Of a stretch of 64,000 nucleotides of DNA, positions 40,295-53,444 are shown piece by piece. The notes beneath the pieces were generated by a model. It saw only the letters and a list, made by a program, of their open reading frames with translations. It made no database searches and was not told the DNA's origin. Made by a program: the position numbers and the translations under genes. Source of the stretch: Octopus sinensis (Eukaryota); contig NC_043012.1 in the NCBI RefSeq assembly GCF_006345805.1, positions 15,128,001 to 15,192,000 of the forward strand, in the 5' to 3' direction. How positions within the stretch are numbered: the stretch's first letter is position 1; each line of letters starts with the position of its first letter.

Positions 40295-40525
40295 AGCTCA
40301 TAAGAAATGTAATTGTTGAGATCAAGCTAATTGTCCACTTGGAAGTGCCTGTTTCACAAATAATATAGTTTACAGATGTACCATAATAATCAATACTAAC
40401 ACCTTCACCCACATAGGTAGCATATCATGTGACTTCAAAGCTAGATTATATAATCATTTATCCTCGTTTAAACACTGACACAAGGCCACTAGCACCTCAT
40501 TATCTTCAAAAATTTGGCAATAACA
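40295..40525 (+). mobile_element. Penelope-type GIY-YIG endonuclease fragment
   Basis: KCNC..NCPLGSACFTNNIVYRC..HIGS..FKARLYNHLSSFKH..TSLSSKIW. Confidence 0.8.
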
Positions 40526-41184
40526 TTCAATTTGGAATTACATGAGGTATTATTCAAAGGGCACCACCATATTCCAATAACAGATATGGCTGCAAATTAT
40601 GCTGTACTGAGCTCTATGAAATATTAAAGCATAAGAAAGGTCAATTTCTATATTAACACCCTCACGATTTTCACTAAGAAAAAAAAACTTAGATTTTTTG
40701 TGTGGAATCAAGTACCCTGACCTCCTAATATGCTGCAAATCCTTTGTTTTGGTTTGGAATCATTGGAAATTTTTTTTTTTTTCTGTTGAATGAATTCCTG
40801 TGACCTTCTAATATGCTACAAAGCCTTTTTTGGGGGGTCCGAAAAACAGGATGGGGTGATGTGGAAGCCTTGGAAATTTCACCCTACCCCCACCCCCATT
40901 GATTTTCACTAAGGACCATAATTTTGTTGTTAACCAACCCTGATACAGCATACTTATCATCAATGGAGGCCCAACCTTCCAAATTTTTTCTGCAGGGCTT
41001 AGAAAAAACTGAAGGACAACTGCAATAAATGTGAATCTGAGAGAGGAATATGTTGAATAAAATCATAATTAAGCGATTCTCCTGTATTTTCTTTTACCCA
41101 AAGCCAGGAACTTTTCAGCACCCCATTGTACATTCTATTTAAATGAAACACAATCTATAAGTTAGCTGTAGTGTCTAGACAAAT

Positions 41185-42375
41185 TGGTCGATATAAAAAT
41201 CTTCTCCTGTGAACAAAAAAAGAAAATAAATAAACCAGCCTGCTGGATATTAACAAGTATGTAGAAAACAAATATGAAAAACAAAGTTTGCGCTAATGAC
41301 CCGGTGGGCAGGGAGGACTTTTGGAAAATTCACAAGATCCGATTTTTCCATCATAACTTTCGGTAAAATGGATATATATTGATTTCTTTTTTTAATGGAA
41401 TCCCATGTTTTTGGTTATGGAGGATCCGATTCTGGAAAAAAAAATTTCAAAAATCGCATTTTCAAAATTTCACAAAACTGCGATGAAAGAAGTATATAAT
41501 CAATCTACTCACCTTTCTGCAAAGATTTCTTTCAGAGAAATTTCCCACAGTAATATGACAAAATAATTCATGTGAAATTAAAGTGGCTTTTTTTTTTGTT
41601 TTTAACCCTTTCGTTACTATATTTATTTTGAGATGCTCTGTGTTTCTTTCAATTACTTTAAATATAACAAAGAATTTAGTAAAATAACTTAGTTATCATT
41701 CAGCTAGTGTTAGGAACATAAATTGTGATTAAGGTTTGGTGGGAGATTTTAATTCAAAACTTTTGAAAACAAGACATTTGTACTCAGAGCCAGGGCCGGT
41801 TTCAGCCGCGTTGGTAATGAAAGGGTTAAACTTTTTAAAAACTTTTTCTGAATTTTTTTTTTTTGTTAATCAATCTATATACGGAGATTAAGAATATGGA
41901 AAAAAATAAACACAAATTCAAATTTTAATTTCAAATTTTTAATGAAAAATCCAACCCAAAACCCACCCCTCCCCACCAACCATCTCACTGTCCAAAAGTG
42001 AAAACGAACTGTTGTTATGTCTATTTCACATGAATTAATTTTGAAAATGCAATTTTTGAAATTTTGTTTTTCAAAATCAGATCCTCCATGACCAAAAACA
42101 TGGGATTCCGTCAGAAAAATCTCTATATGGCGGTGCTCCAGCATGGCCACAGCCTGTGAGCTGAAACTAGATGAAATGAAATGATATATCCATTTTACCG
42201 AAAGTTATGAAGGGAAAATTGGATCTTGTGAATTTTCCGAAAGTCCTCTCCCCCCACCAAGGTCGTTAGCGCAAATATTTTTTTCATATTTGTTTTCTAC
42301 ATACTTGTTAGCACCCAGCAGGCTGGTTTATTTTTTTTCTTTGTTCACGGGTGAAGATCTTTATATTGGCTATCA
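41185..42375. mobile_element. Long-inverted-repeat (fold-back/MITE-like) element
   Basis: 41185-41475 and 42040-42375 are inverted copies; a SINE fragment interrupts the right arm; termini approximate. Confidence 0.75.
41606..41825. mobile_element. piggyBac-like MITE
   Basis: TTAA-CCCTTTCGTTAC...GTAATGAAAGGG-TTAA; other copies at 18714-18936 and 32138-32296. Confidence 0.85.
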
Positions 42376-42772
42376 AATTTACATGCCATGCCTTCATTGG
42401 TAATGAATTATTAATTAATACTTTTATGTAAAAAAAAAATCAATTCTTAGAAGCATAAAATAAACCCAAGCAGAAAAATGGCAACTGTACAATAAATGTG
42501 GTAAAAATTGCAATTTCATCATCTAGTCTCCAGATTATTAACAAGTATGTAATTGTAATAATTAATGAACTGGCTTCCATGTGGTTGTGTGTGTGTGTGT
42601 ACACGCATGTGCATGTGTATATATATATTTATGTACATATATATATATATGTATATGTATATGTACATATATATTAGAAAGAAAGAAAAACAAGCAAAAC
42701 CTGTTGTATCACTTTAAAGCATTTAATTCATAATCTAAAGATTTGTACAGAGTAGTTATAGTAAATACATAG

Positions 42773-42867
42773 TCTCCTACAGCTGTTTCTAGAACAATTC
42801 TGCATATGGAGCATATATTATTGAGTAGAGATTTCAACGTAAATTAATTATTCCATCATTGGGGAAA
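42773..42867 (-). ncRNA. Degenerate hammerhead-like motif (CCAAUGA core)
   Basis: tttcc-CCAATGA-T-9-bp stem II-A-GAAA-CAGCT-GTA-ggaga; sister copy at 43563-43617 (+). Confidence 0.45.
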
Positions 42868-44993
42868 GAGAGAGAGAAATAAAGAATATCCTTAATCAAA
42901 GATATTTGTAGTTACCAGTTCATTGAAGAACTAAGAAGTGCCCAAAGTAAAAAGGTAATAGTGGTTGGTAGCTTCATGATCAAAGAATTAAGGAAATCCT
43001 TAGTAAAAGACAATATCAATATTGTCAAAGACAATATCACCATTGTTGAAGTATCAAGGAAAATCTATGGTGGAAGCTGACAGAAATTACTTATTCCATC
43101 TTTGGAGAGAAAGTGAGGTAGATATGAGTGGAAGGCCTTCGAAGAGTACAGAACAGGGTGGAGGAAAGATAGAGTAGTAAATACATGAGAGTAGATAGAG
43201 ACTAGTTGGTATTGTGAGAGTATACATAACATAGGAGTTAAGGCGATGTATACACACATGTGTGTGTGTGTATATATATATGCACATATATATATAAATT
43301 CCCTACTGGGAAGGATCAACTTTAAGCGAATCTTACATTGCTTATAAACTTTACATTTGGATGGACTCATATTAAACTCTGTTGGACTTTTGGATTTTAC
43401 TCAAAGGATATTAGAATAATACACGTATATAGCGTTATGCCTATAAAACGGATTTATGAACTCAATACCCATACATATCTTATATCTATTTTCTTTCCTC
43501 CACCTCACTCTCTATTTGTATCACATCGAAACTAACTATGACTTAATTTTTCCTCTCACACCGTCTCCAATGAAGGGATATTATTATTAATTAATATTCT
43601 AGAAACAGCTGTAAGACCTTCTATCTATAAATGCTCTAATATCTATACAGACTTGGTTTTTTTTTATCTCATTACGCAAAAAATTCCTATATATACATAC
43701 ATATATATATATATATATATGTACATTCACTATGATGGATCGCTAGCCACCACACACATTTTTTCTCTCCTTGTTTCATTCTGTGTTCCTTTCTGTGGAA
43801 GAGCGTAGGCTTGAAATGTTAAAGACTTTTTCAATTCCCGAGCTTTATACTAATATATCTGTTTGTTTTCTACACCACCTGTCTTTGTCCTTTGGGGTTT
43901 TTTTTTGTGAATTCTCCCCCTATATATATATGTACACATGTATACATGTAGACTCATGTGCCTCAATGCTAACTTTTATCAGTTGCATTTCAAGCTGGAG
44001 TAATAAACCAAGCTGGGCACTTAGAGTACATTACTCTATTACTTAGAGTACATACCTATTACATTACATCATTAGACAAAAACCTTTTTATATCTACTCT
44101 ACACAAACACACACACTTGTAGTAGAGTAAGAATTAGAAAGTCCATGGTACAGCGTCATATATTTGAATCACCAATTGTAAACTTATAAACTTGAAGTAG
44201 AAAAATTACCAGAAAAGCCACTTCTATTCATGTTTTTCCAATATAAATACGAATATATGCATATACATATGCATGTATACATATAATCATCATCACCATC
44301 ACCATTGAACATCCGTCTTCCATGCTGGCATGTGACATGGGTTGGAGAATTTAACAGGATCTGCCTAGCTGCAGAGCTATGTCGAGCCGAATTATCAGCT
44401 TTGGCTTGGTTTTTACGGCTGGACGGTGTCTTAATACCAGCCACTTTACAGTGTTCACCGACTGCTCTTTGTGTACCACTGGCACTATTGAGGTCACAGT
44501 GCAACTTGCAAGACAGGAAAAGGACAAGAAAAAAAATAAAGCTCCATTGATTATTTGATTGAGAGCCAGAGAGTTAACTTTAAGTCAGCTGTTAGGGGTA
44601 GGTGGGGGGGGTGTCTAAACTATGAGAGGAAGGCAAGATCATGCATCATGCTATAGGGACATATAGGGTTTCCCCACATTATATAAGGGTGGGAGTAGGT
44701 GGAAAGAAGTTCAAAATAGCAGTAAAATGGTGTGAAGATGAATGGAGAGTAACAGACTGTGTGTGTGCATGATCATCCTTTTTTCCATGCTGGCCTGGGT
44801 TGGATGGTTAGACCACAGCTGGTAAGCCTGGGGACTGCACCAGGTTCCATTGTCTGGATGCCCTTCCTAATGCTAACCATTCTACAGAGTGTACTGGGTG
44901 CATTTTATGTGGCATCAGCACTGGTGCTCATGTATATGTGTGTGTGTATATACACACACATACACAAACAGATATAAATATTCATACACACTC

Positions 44994-45250
44994 ATCTATT
45001 ATATAAAATCTGTTCTGTCTGTCTGTCTGTGTGTCTTCTTGGATCTCGGACATCCTCCATCCGATTGCGCTCAAATTTGATATGTAGATACCGACGGTAT
45101 CAGGGCGTGTATAAGTCTTGAAAAAATTACAAAAATCGATTTCAGGTGAGAATGCGATCGATAAAGCCGTGGGAACGTGCATTTGTACACGCAAGTACAT
45201 CAGCTGTTGCGATCGATACTACATGTATGCAAGAAAAATGCACGTGCAGT
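44994..45250 (+). mobile_element. Helitron-like non-autonomous element 5' part
   Basis: TCTATTATATAAAA start followed by (CTGT)n and caaatttg motifs; 3' end not found. Confidence 0.4.
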
Positions 45251-45848
45251 TTGCACAAAATAAGCCGGCATGTTTGGTGTCTCAAATTTAGGTTAAATCA
45301 GTGTTTCTCCAAGGGGAGGCCTATGGGACGGTTGGACAAGTTGTTTTGAGAAAATTTGGTTTAAATATTTGATAACTCAGCACCATCCATTGGACAGGGG
45401 GTGGCATTTTGCTCGTACATATATACACATCTATGTATGCGTATATAGGTATATAGATTGGAAAGCCTTTCATCACAGATCCTCCCTCCCCCAAAATTGC
45501 TGACCTTGTGCCAAGATTTGAAACTATTTTTTTATTTCCACATGGCTGGAAACAAACACCACTTGTTACATGACTGAGGCTTATTTATAACTAAAGTGTG
45601 TTATCATGACATGGTGATAACGATATACACAATCACACTCACATACACTCTCTCACCCCTTCTCACACACACATACACTCACCCCCACTTACACACACAC
45701 TTAAACACACACTCACACACATACACACACACATATATGACAGGCTTTTTTTTCATTTTCTATCTACCAGATCCATTCACTGGTTTTTGCTTAGCCTGGG
45801 GCTGTAGTTGAAGAGGTTGGAGTCATCTCAGCGAGTGAGACTGGCTAC

Positions 45849-45894
45849 CCTGGACTGACGACAAGCAATAGACTCAGAAACATATGTCTTCAGG
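45849..45894 (+). ncRNA. Minimal type-I hammerhead ribozyme-like motif
   Basis: cctgga-CTGACGA-(15 nt, weak stem II)-GAAA-CATAT-GTC-ttcagg; 6-bp stem I, palindromic ACATATGT stem III, GUC triplet. Confidence 0.6.
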
Positions 45895-46705
45895 TGCTTA
45901 GTCCCAGCTGGCGGGGGTGATTGCCTCCCCTTTGCAAATATAAGGACACAGAAAATGTGTCAACGCCGACAGGGGACGTCGATGTATCCTAGGGCTAAAT
46001 GGCGGTGGTGTAATTCCCTCACGGGACTGTCATGTTGAGTTGACAGTATACGACCACTATATCACTCCACCACCGCTTATGTCTCTCTGAGACATTTAGA
46101 AATTCAATATTTCTAATATATATATATATATATATATATTTGTACTGACATTTCTCACTCATACCACTACCTCTGTCATGTCACTTGACAACGACAGGAG
46201 GTAGGAGGAGATCACCTCTGTCACTCAAACTACTCAGTGTGGAAGGCAGACGTTGAATGATGATGACGATGATACATACACACACACACACATACATGCA
46301 TAGCTATAGGGAAGTGTGATGTGAAAAAATCCCATTAAGGAACAGTAAGCATCAGGCATATACACAGCTTGTAGAGATAACAAAACACAGATAACGTTAT
46401 TGTCAGTTATTAAAGAAGGTTTAATAACTGGTGTATGTTATATACTTTGTCCGATATTGAAATAGATAGGAATTTCCAGCAAGTTGACAGTCAGCATACA
46501 ACTCATGGTTTAGCTATAAAAATGCGAAATACGCAAATAATGAACGTAAGAAATGGGAAAAGTGGCAAATCGCCGGAAAGGTGAATAAAGATGACATGTT
46601 TCATACACACACACATACACACACATACGCACACACATACATGCAGTGTACTGTTGGCGATTTTTTTTCCTCTGTCTTCCCTACCTTGGATCTTTCCTTT
46701 CCCTA

Positions 46706-46743
46706 TGTTTCTGACGAAGAGCTCTGCTCGAAACGTTATATCC
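46706..46743 (+). ncRNA. Minimal hammerhead-like motif (Penelope-type terminal repeat)
   Basis: CTGACGA-A-GAGC/tct/GCTC-GAAA-C-GTT; stem I imperfect. Confidence 0.55.
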
Positions 46744-46836
46744 TCCTTTCTTTCCTTTCCTGAGCATTCAATAACACTATACTTGTTCCACGTCCTCACG
46801 TTGTTGTGTTTTCTCTTTGTGTTTTCATGTTTGGAT

Positions 46837-46871
<35 letters not shown>

Positions 46872-47086
46872 ATATATATATATATATATATATATATGAT
46901 CAGACAGACTCTAAAGAGACTGGTGTTAGTCTGCATTAGAAAGATATGTAATAATCGTAATAGTGTTTACATACGAACATGCACACGCATTCACGTATGT
47001 ATACATGTATGTATACATGTATGTATATAGCCAGTTTTTCAAGCTGAGAGGATATAAACTCTGTTTGACTTTTCTCTCTTTTTCTC

Positions 47087-47124
47087 TGTCCCCTGACGAA
47101 GGATTGAATCCGAAACGTTGGATA
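47087..47124 (+). ncRNA. Minimal hammerhead-like motif
   Basis: tgtcc(c)-CTGACGA-A-GGAT/tga/ATCC-GAAA-C-GTT-ggata. Confidence 0.55.
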
Positions 47125-47219
47125 TTCCACTCCTCATAGCAAGTTCACTGTACCGCTTTCATTTTTTTCTATATTTTTTCAAGTCTTACCAACGCAGAGC
47201 TACTATATTATTGCCTGTG

Positions 47220-47251
<32 letters not shown>

Positions 47252-48188
47252 TATGGAGATGTACTTGCATAGCAAGTGACTTGATCTGAGATCGTGTGCT
47301 GGAATGAAAACAATTGCAGTGTGGAAGATGTTTATAAGCCATTTAAGAAACACACAAAACCGTTAGATTCACTTCAACATTTAAATATACTTTGTCAAAA
47401 TATTTTCATCGCTTTGAGACCACAACCTGTTCACTGACAAAACTTTGTGCTGGTTTATATATATATATATATATAAGTCAGGTGGAGTGTGATGTTGGAG
47501 TATTTCCAGAGAAACACTCAACCCGAATACTGGCTATCAACACTTGGGTTCCAAGTTGAAGTCGGAATTCTTCAGGTGTAGAAAATCCGCCAAACCGTAA
47601 GTAGTCCAATCAAGATAAGGAAAATTCTTTATCACATCTTTAATTATAAGTTACAATTGCATCCACACCATCTTAATTTGCAATGCCAGTTTACGTGAAA
47701 ATTCCAAATGGAAAATCACATAATATTTGCGGTTTTAGGCATTTGAGTGACACTTCATCAGACTTGCATCAAAGATGTGCTATTACATTGTGCGTCCTTC
47801 AGATCTTTTTGTTACGAAAATATTTATCGGGAGGAAATAACGAAAGAGAAAATTAGCAGAAGATGCAAGTGAAAGAGAAGAAGAAGAAGAAGAAGAAGAA
47901 GAGAGGGGACTAACCAATATGGATACAATGAGCAGGGCTGCATAAAGCAAAACAGTTTATTTCATCATATGCTGGTGGTGGGTCAATCAGTACAAGCAGA
48001 ACCATTGTTACTGAAATTCATCTGATGGGAGAAAAAGTATTTGGCCACCAAAAGAGAGTTAGCCTGCAACAACTGAAAGGGCAAAAAAATCTGTAAGATA
48101 GATCACTAGATCACAAATTCCCAACTGGTATGCTGCGGCACCCCAGGGTGTTGCGAGATCAACAGAGGGATGCCACGAAATATACATA

Positions 48189-48702
48189 CCGTAAATCCTC
48201 GAGTATAATCCGCATTTTTTTCCCAAAATTTAAAGGTCAAATTCCCTAGTGCGTACTATATACGAGGTTAAAAATGAAAATTATTTTCTAAGCAATGTCC
48301 GAGTCTCTATTTGCTGCCCGGCAATGTTTATTCAGATGCAGTTTGTGATGTTGGGCACAAAAATACCTTAAGCTAAGCCTGAAAGCAATGAAGTCATAAA
48401 AGAATCATCCATAACTTGCAATAAGCAACATTTATTAAATGTTATTACTGCTATTTCTTTATTTTCTGCAAACAAAATGCACAAAAAAAGCTACAAGTTT
48501 GCATTATGTAATATATACAATAATAATAAAGGACGTTAGTGTATACATTTTTACAAACCAAGGACATTATATAGACCTCCTTGACTCAAGTTAGAGAGGG
48601 GGGTGCGTATTATACACAAGGTTAAGGTTTTTCAGAGGTACAGCCCCCTAAAAATCCCCTGCATATTATACTCAAGGGCGGACTATACTTGAGGATTTAC
48701 GG
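48189..48702. mobile_element. Tc2/pogo-like MITE
   Basis: 25-bp TIRs CCGTAAATCCTCGAGTATAATCCGC (23/25 match), TA duplication. Confidence 0.88.
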
Positions 48703-48926
48703 TACGTATGTGGCATCATGATTGATCACTTATAGTCAAAATTACATTTTGATACTATTTTAACAATAAATATTATTGTCATATTTTGTATTGTCTGTCA
48801 CGTTTTTGTATTGTCATCTATTTTATGTTTATTATATCAACATTGGTGAAATAAAGAAAATTTTTTATTATCAATTCCTGGGATATAGTTTTTGTACACA
48901 GATGTTATTATCCAGAGACAAAGTAT

Positions 48927-49236
48927 GGATCTTTTCACTTTGACCGGCAGATTTTTAAAATAATTTCTTTGTAACTAAACACTTTTAAACCGCAAATAAT
49001 TGTTGTTGACAAAGATTCGGAGAAATTGTACTCACCTCAACAGACGTCATTGATTGGTTGAAATTGCCGAAATGCAAGAAATTAAACAACAAATTGCTTA
49101 CAAACTACAGAATTTTCTCAAGAAAGCCAAGAGAAAAAGATGTTTTATAAACATATTCTACCAGTATACGAAGTTTAAAAGTGTTTAGTTACAAAGAAAT
49201 TATTTTAAAAATCTGCCGGTCAAAGCGAAAAGATCC
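48927..49236. mobile_element. MITE with GGATC termini and 8-bp TSD (Merlin-like, tentative)
   Basis: Long TIRs GGATCTTTTC..; TSD caaagtat/caaagttt; sister copy 54498-58652 (TSD tgtgtggg/tgtgtgcg) is split by the Helitron; partial copy near 50043. Confidence 0.7.
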
Positions 49237-49619
49237 CAAAGTTTTGTGCTGTGGATTTCTGAAAGGCTTGGCAAGGGTACCTCAAGGTAGAAAAGGTTGG
49301 GATACTGTGAACTAGACAATCGTCCAGAATCAAATAATGAGCATATTTATGATGGGGAGACCTAATTTGTGACCCTGGCGTGTTTCAGCAGGGGAAAGGT
49401 GCATAAATAGGAACAGAAAAAGACGAAGAGATAGAAGAGGAGGAGAAGCTCTAAAAGGGACAGTAAAAACCTAAAAACTGGAGCAGAAAGTAATTAGGGC
49501 TTAACATGATCAAAAAGAGGTCAGGAGGATTCTAAACTATACAAGTTAAACATGTATGACTAAAATGAAAAAATAAAATGAAATGTTTGGAAGGAATACT
49601 ACATAGTACACATATACAC

Positions 49620-49664
<45 letters not shown>

Positions 49665-51352
49665 AAGTGGAGTTGTGGGGTACCGCACGAGTGGAATTAT
49701 ATACGAAAGAAGGTTTGAAAATGCAATTTAAAAGATGTTTATTTACTTTACCGGTTTCACTCTTTAGAAAAAGATTGTCAAAAGTAACATGTAGAAGTTT
49801 GGTTGCGTTAATTATTGGTTGTTGCAAATTGCTACATTACATATATACAGTCTTTGGTAACAGGGACATGTTAAGGACATAAAAGAGTTCAACAAGTTCC
49901 TTAAAATATTGGGCATAAAAGATTACTACATAAATGATAGTTCTCAAGGACATGCTTAAGAAAGTTTCCAGAAGGAATTGATATTGGTATTGTAAACTTA
50001 GATAAACTTAGATATGTTTCGACCAAAGATTAGTCCAGGCCATGGATCTTTTCAATTCTGAAGCCAGTTTTTTCAAATTTTTCCTACTGAACCAAACAAT
50101 TTGAAACTTCGTATACTGGTAGAATGTGTCAAAAGTAAACTTAATTGTAAACCAGAATGAAAACAGAATTGTAACTTCTAAGTTTAACGTTGTTTAATAA
50201 TTAGAATTTTAACCATATTCCGTCATTCGGCTTTATTTTATTTACTCCGTCTCGACCACCAATTTGGTGACGTATTAAACATCTTAAATGTAAACAAGCC
50301 GCATGTCTCCGTGAAATCTCCTTCTAATTATTTAACGTACTCATGTTTCCAGGATCCTATAGTCAGCCACCTTCTAATAACAATATTTAAAACTAGTTAA
50401 TAAGCCACATGTATTAAATTGAAAATGTTTCCATTCTGTTAGTACTTGCTTTCGTTTGCTATTAAGAAGTGGCATCTCAGTGACGAGGCTTCTAACAAGA
50501 TTTCGTTTCTAAGCTAATGCGTTTCATTTCACTTATTGTATTTATTTGTGCAAAAGGCAAGAAATTTAATATTAAAAAGCAAAGAGCTGGCAGAAACGTT
50601 AGCACGCCGGGCGAAATGCGTAGCCGTATTTCGTCTGCCGTTACGTTCTGTCTTTGTTTACAGTTTTCCGAACGTTAGTACGTCACAAAAGCGCTTTCTA
50701 CGTCACACTAATAGAATGCAGTCAAGTTTTACACATGAAAACAAACAATCTGATTGGTTAAAATTCGCAGTTTTAATCTACGATTAAAGTCATAAAATAG
50801 ATTTTTCTCAAATAAACTAGTTCCAACCTGTGTCTTGTTTTGCTAGACTCTATCAGCATACGAAGTTTCAGAATATTTAGTTAAGTAGAAAGATCTGTGG
50901 TCCTGGCTTAACTTAATAGCACCACCTGATAGGATTATTTGAATCCTGTTTAAGTCGAGTTTTGTTTATCTGTATATTCAAACATGCACAGAATATTGGT
51001 TGACACAGAGTACTATAATCCATATAAATATACATTCTTTGGTGACAAGAGTATGTTGAGAATATAAAAAGTTTAACAAGCTCATCGAAATAATGGGCAC
51101 AAAAGATTACAACAAATATATTATACATCTCAAGATAATTTCCAGGAGGAATTATTAAAAAAGTTCAGTATACACGTACAGAATATTATGAGTTCAAAAA
51201 GATTTACATTATAATAGTGGTGAAGCTAAAACTGACCTGTCCTTTTTAGGAGGAGAAATGTGGAACTGAAAAGAATTTACCCTTTTTTCTTTTTTTGTCT
51301 CTGCTTCAAGCATCAATGATTTTGGAGTCAGGATGGGGTGAGTGTGTGTGTC

Positions 51353-51400
<48 letters not shown>

Positions 51401-53444
51401 CATACATACATATGTGGTGTGAATAGATGTGTCTGTAAGATCTGGTAGGATGGTGTGTCCGTTTGTCAACGGCGTGTGTGGTTGTCTTGGTGTTGTGTGT
51501 GTGTGTGTGTATGTATGTATGTGTGTGGATGGCATTTGGCATGGTGCTGTGTGTGTATATGTGTGTCTGTATGGAGGTGAGATTGGTGTGAGTGTGTGTG
51601 TCCTTGTGTGTGTGCATATACATGTATACATGTGTTTGTGTGTGTGTGGGGGGCTGTTTTTGATTGGTTCCAGGGTGGTGTAAATAGATGTGTGTTATTT
51701 AAAGAATTTTTTGGGGTAGGATGGTGTGTGTATATGTGTGCTCCTTTGTGTGTGTGTGTGTATGCGTGTGGTTAATGTTTATTAGTGTGTATGTGTTTGT
51801 TCGCATGTGTGTCCATGTCTGTTGGGTGTATCCGTGTGGCATGCGTGTATATGCGTCCTGCGTGTGTTGGTATTGAGTATGTGCTTGTGTGTGTGCGTAC
51901 ACACGGTGTGGGTGCACGCGTCTTTGTGTGTGTATATACATGCATACATGTGTCTACGCATGTGTGCTGGCCATACATACACACTACACACATTATGCGA
52001 ACCTGTTCGTTGGCTATGTTGAGGCCCAAATATTCTCTAATTTCACTGGTCCCACTCCTGAACTATATGGTCGTTACATTGACGACATTATCGGTGCCAC
52101 CTCACTCTCCCGCGAACATCTAGATTCCTTCCTCTCTTTCGTCCAATCTTTCCATCCAGCCCTCCACTTCACTTCCACTATCTCCAACACCTCTGTCTCC
52201 TTCCTCGACATTTCGGTTAGCATTCTTCACTCCACTCTTACCACCTCCATTCACTACAAACACACAGACTCACACTCATACCTCAACTTCTCTTCCTCCC
52301 ACCCAGAACACACCAAGCTTTCCATCCCCTATTCCCATTCCTCCTCCGTCTACGTAGGCTCTGTAGTGACGACCATGACTTTGAGACTCAGTCTCAACGT
52401 ATGGCTCACCACTTCACCGTACGTGGATACCCCCTCACCACTATCCACACCGCCCTTGCCTGAGCACGGTCCGTGGACCGTGTATCTGCTCTCTCTCCCC
52501 GAACCCGCCCTGTAGTCTCCCGCCTCCCTTTCCCCTCACTCCACCCCCCACGACCCTACGTCTCCAACGCACCATTCTTCGAGCTTTCTGTCATCTCCAG
52601 TCCGACCCGTCCACTTCACACCTCTTCCCTAACCGACCCCTCCCCTCTTTCAAACGAGCCCACAACCTTCGAGACCTTTTGGTCCATAGCCCCTTCCCTG
52701 ACCCTACCTCCCAACCCGGCTCGTTCCCCTGCTCCCGCCCACGTTGCCGCACTTGCCCTTACCTCTCCAACACCACCCGCCTCACTAGCACCCACCATCG
52801 ACCCTATATCCCATCATCCACTCCTTCACCTGCACCTCCAGCAATATTATCTATTGCATCTCTTGCTCTCTCTGCAATTCCTTGTACATCGGACAAACGG
52901 GACGCCGCTTGGCTGACCGGTTCGCGGAACACCTTCGTGACATCCACCTTGCGAACGACACACCGGTCTCACGCCATTTCCGCTCCACCGGTCACTCCTT
53001 GCAACACCTATCTGTGTTCGGTTTGTCCTTACACAGAGGCCATCCGGATTCCCGTTTGCGCCGTGAACAGGAATTAATCTTCTCTCTTCGCTCTTATACG
53101 CCATTTGGTCTCAACTCTCCCCCCTCCTCATCTAACCCCCCTCTCCCCCCTCCTCACCTATCCTTTCTCCCCGACCCCTACTTCTTCAGTCCTTCATCCT
53201 TTCACCCCTACTCCCCTTCCCTTCTTCCCTCTTTCTCCCCCTCTTCCCCTTCCCTCTGCTCTCCCCTCCCCTCCCTCTCTCCCCTTCTCTCTCCCCTTCT
53301 CTCTCCCCCTCTCCCTCTTTCCTCCTTCATCCCCTCCTCTCTCCTCTTCCCCCTCTTCTTCCCCTCCCCTTCTCTCCCCCTCCCCCTCTTCTCCTCACTA
53401 CACCACATGACTTTACACATCACATCACATATGATGTGCCATAC

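Larger units (their letters stand above)
48112..49309. mobile_element. hAT/Charlie-like MITE hosting two younger MITEs
   Basis: Degenerate TIRs cacaaattcccaac / ggttgggatactgtg with CTAGA-centred 8-bp flanks (cactagat/aactagac). Confidence 0.5.

Noticed and set aside
47535-47585. CTGAAGA plus hairpin on - strand, hammerhead-like
   Set aside because: No GAAA or GUH after the stem; likewise 417-480 is too degraded to call.
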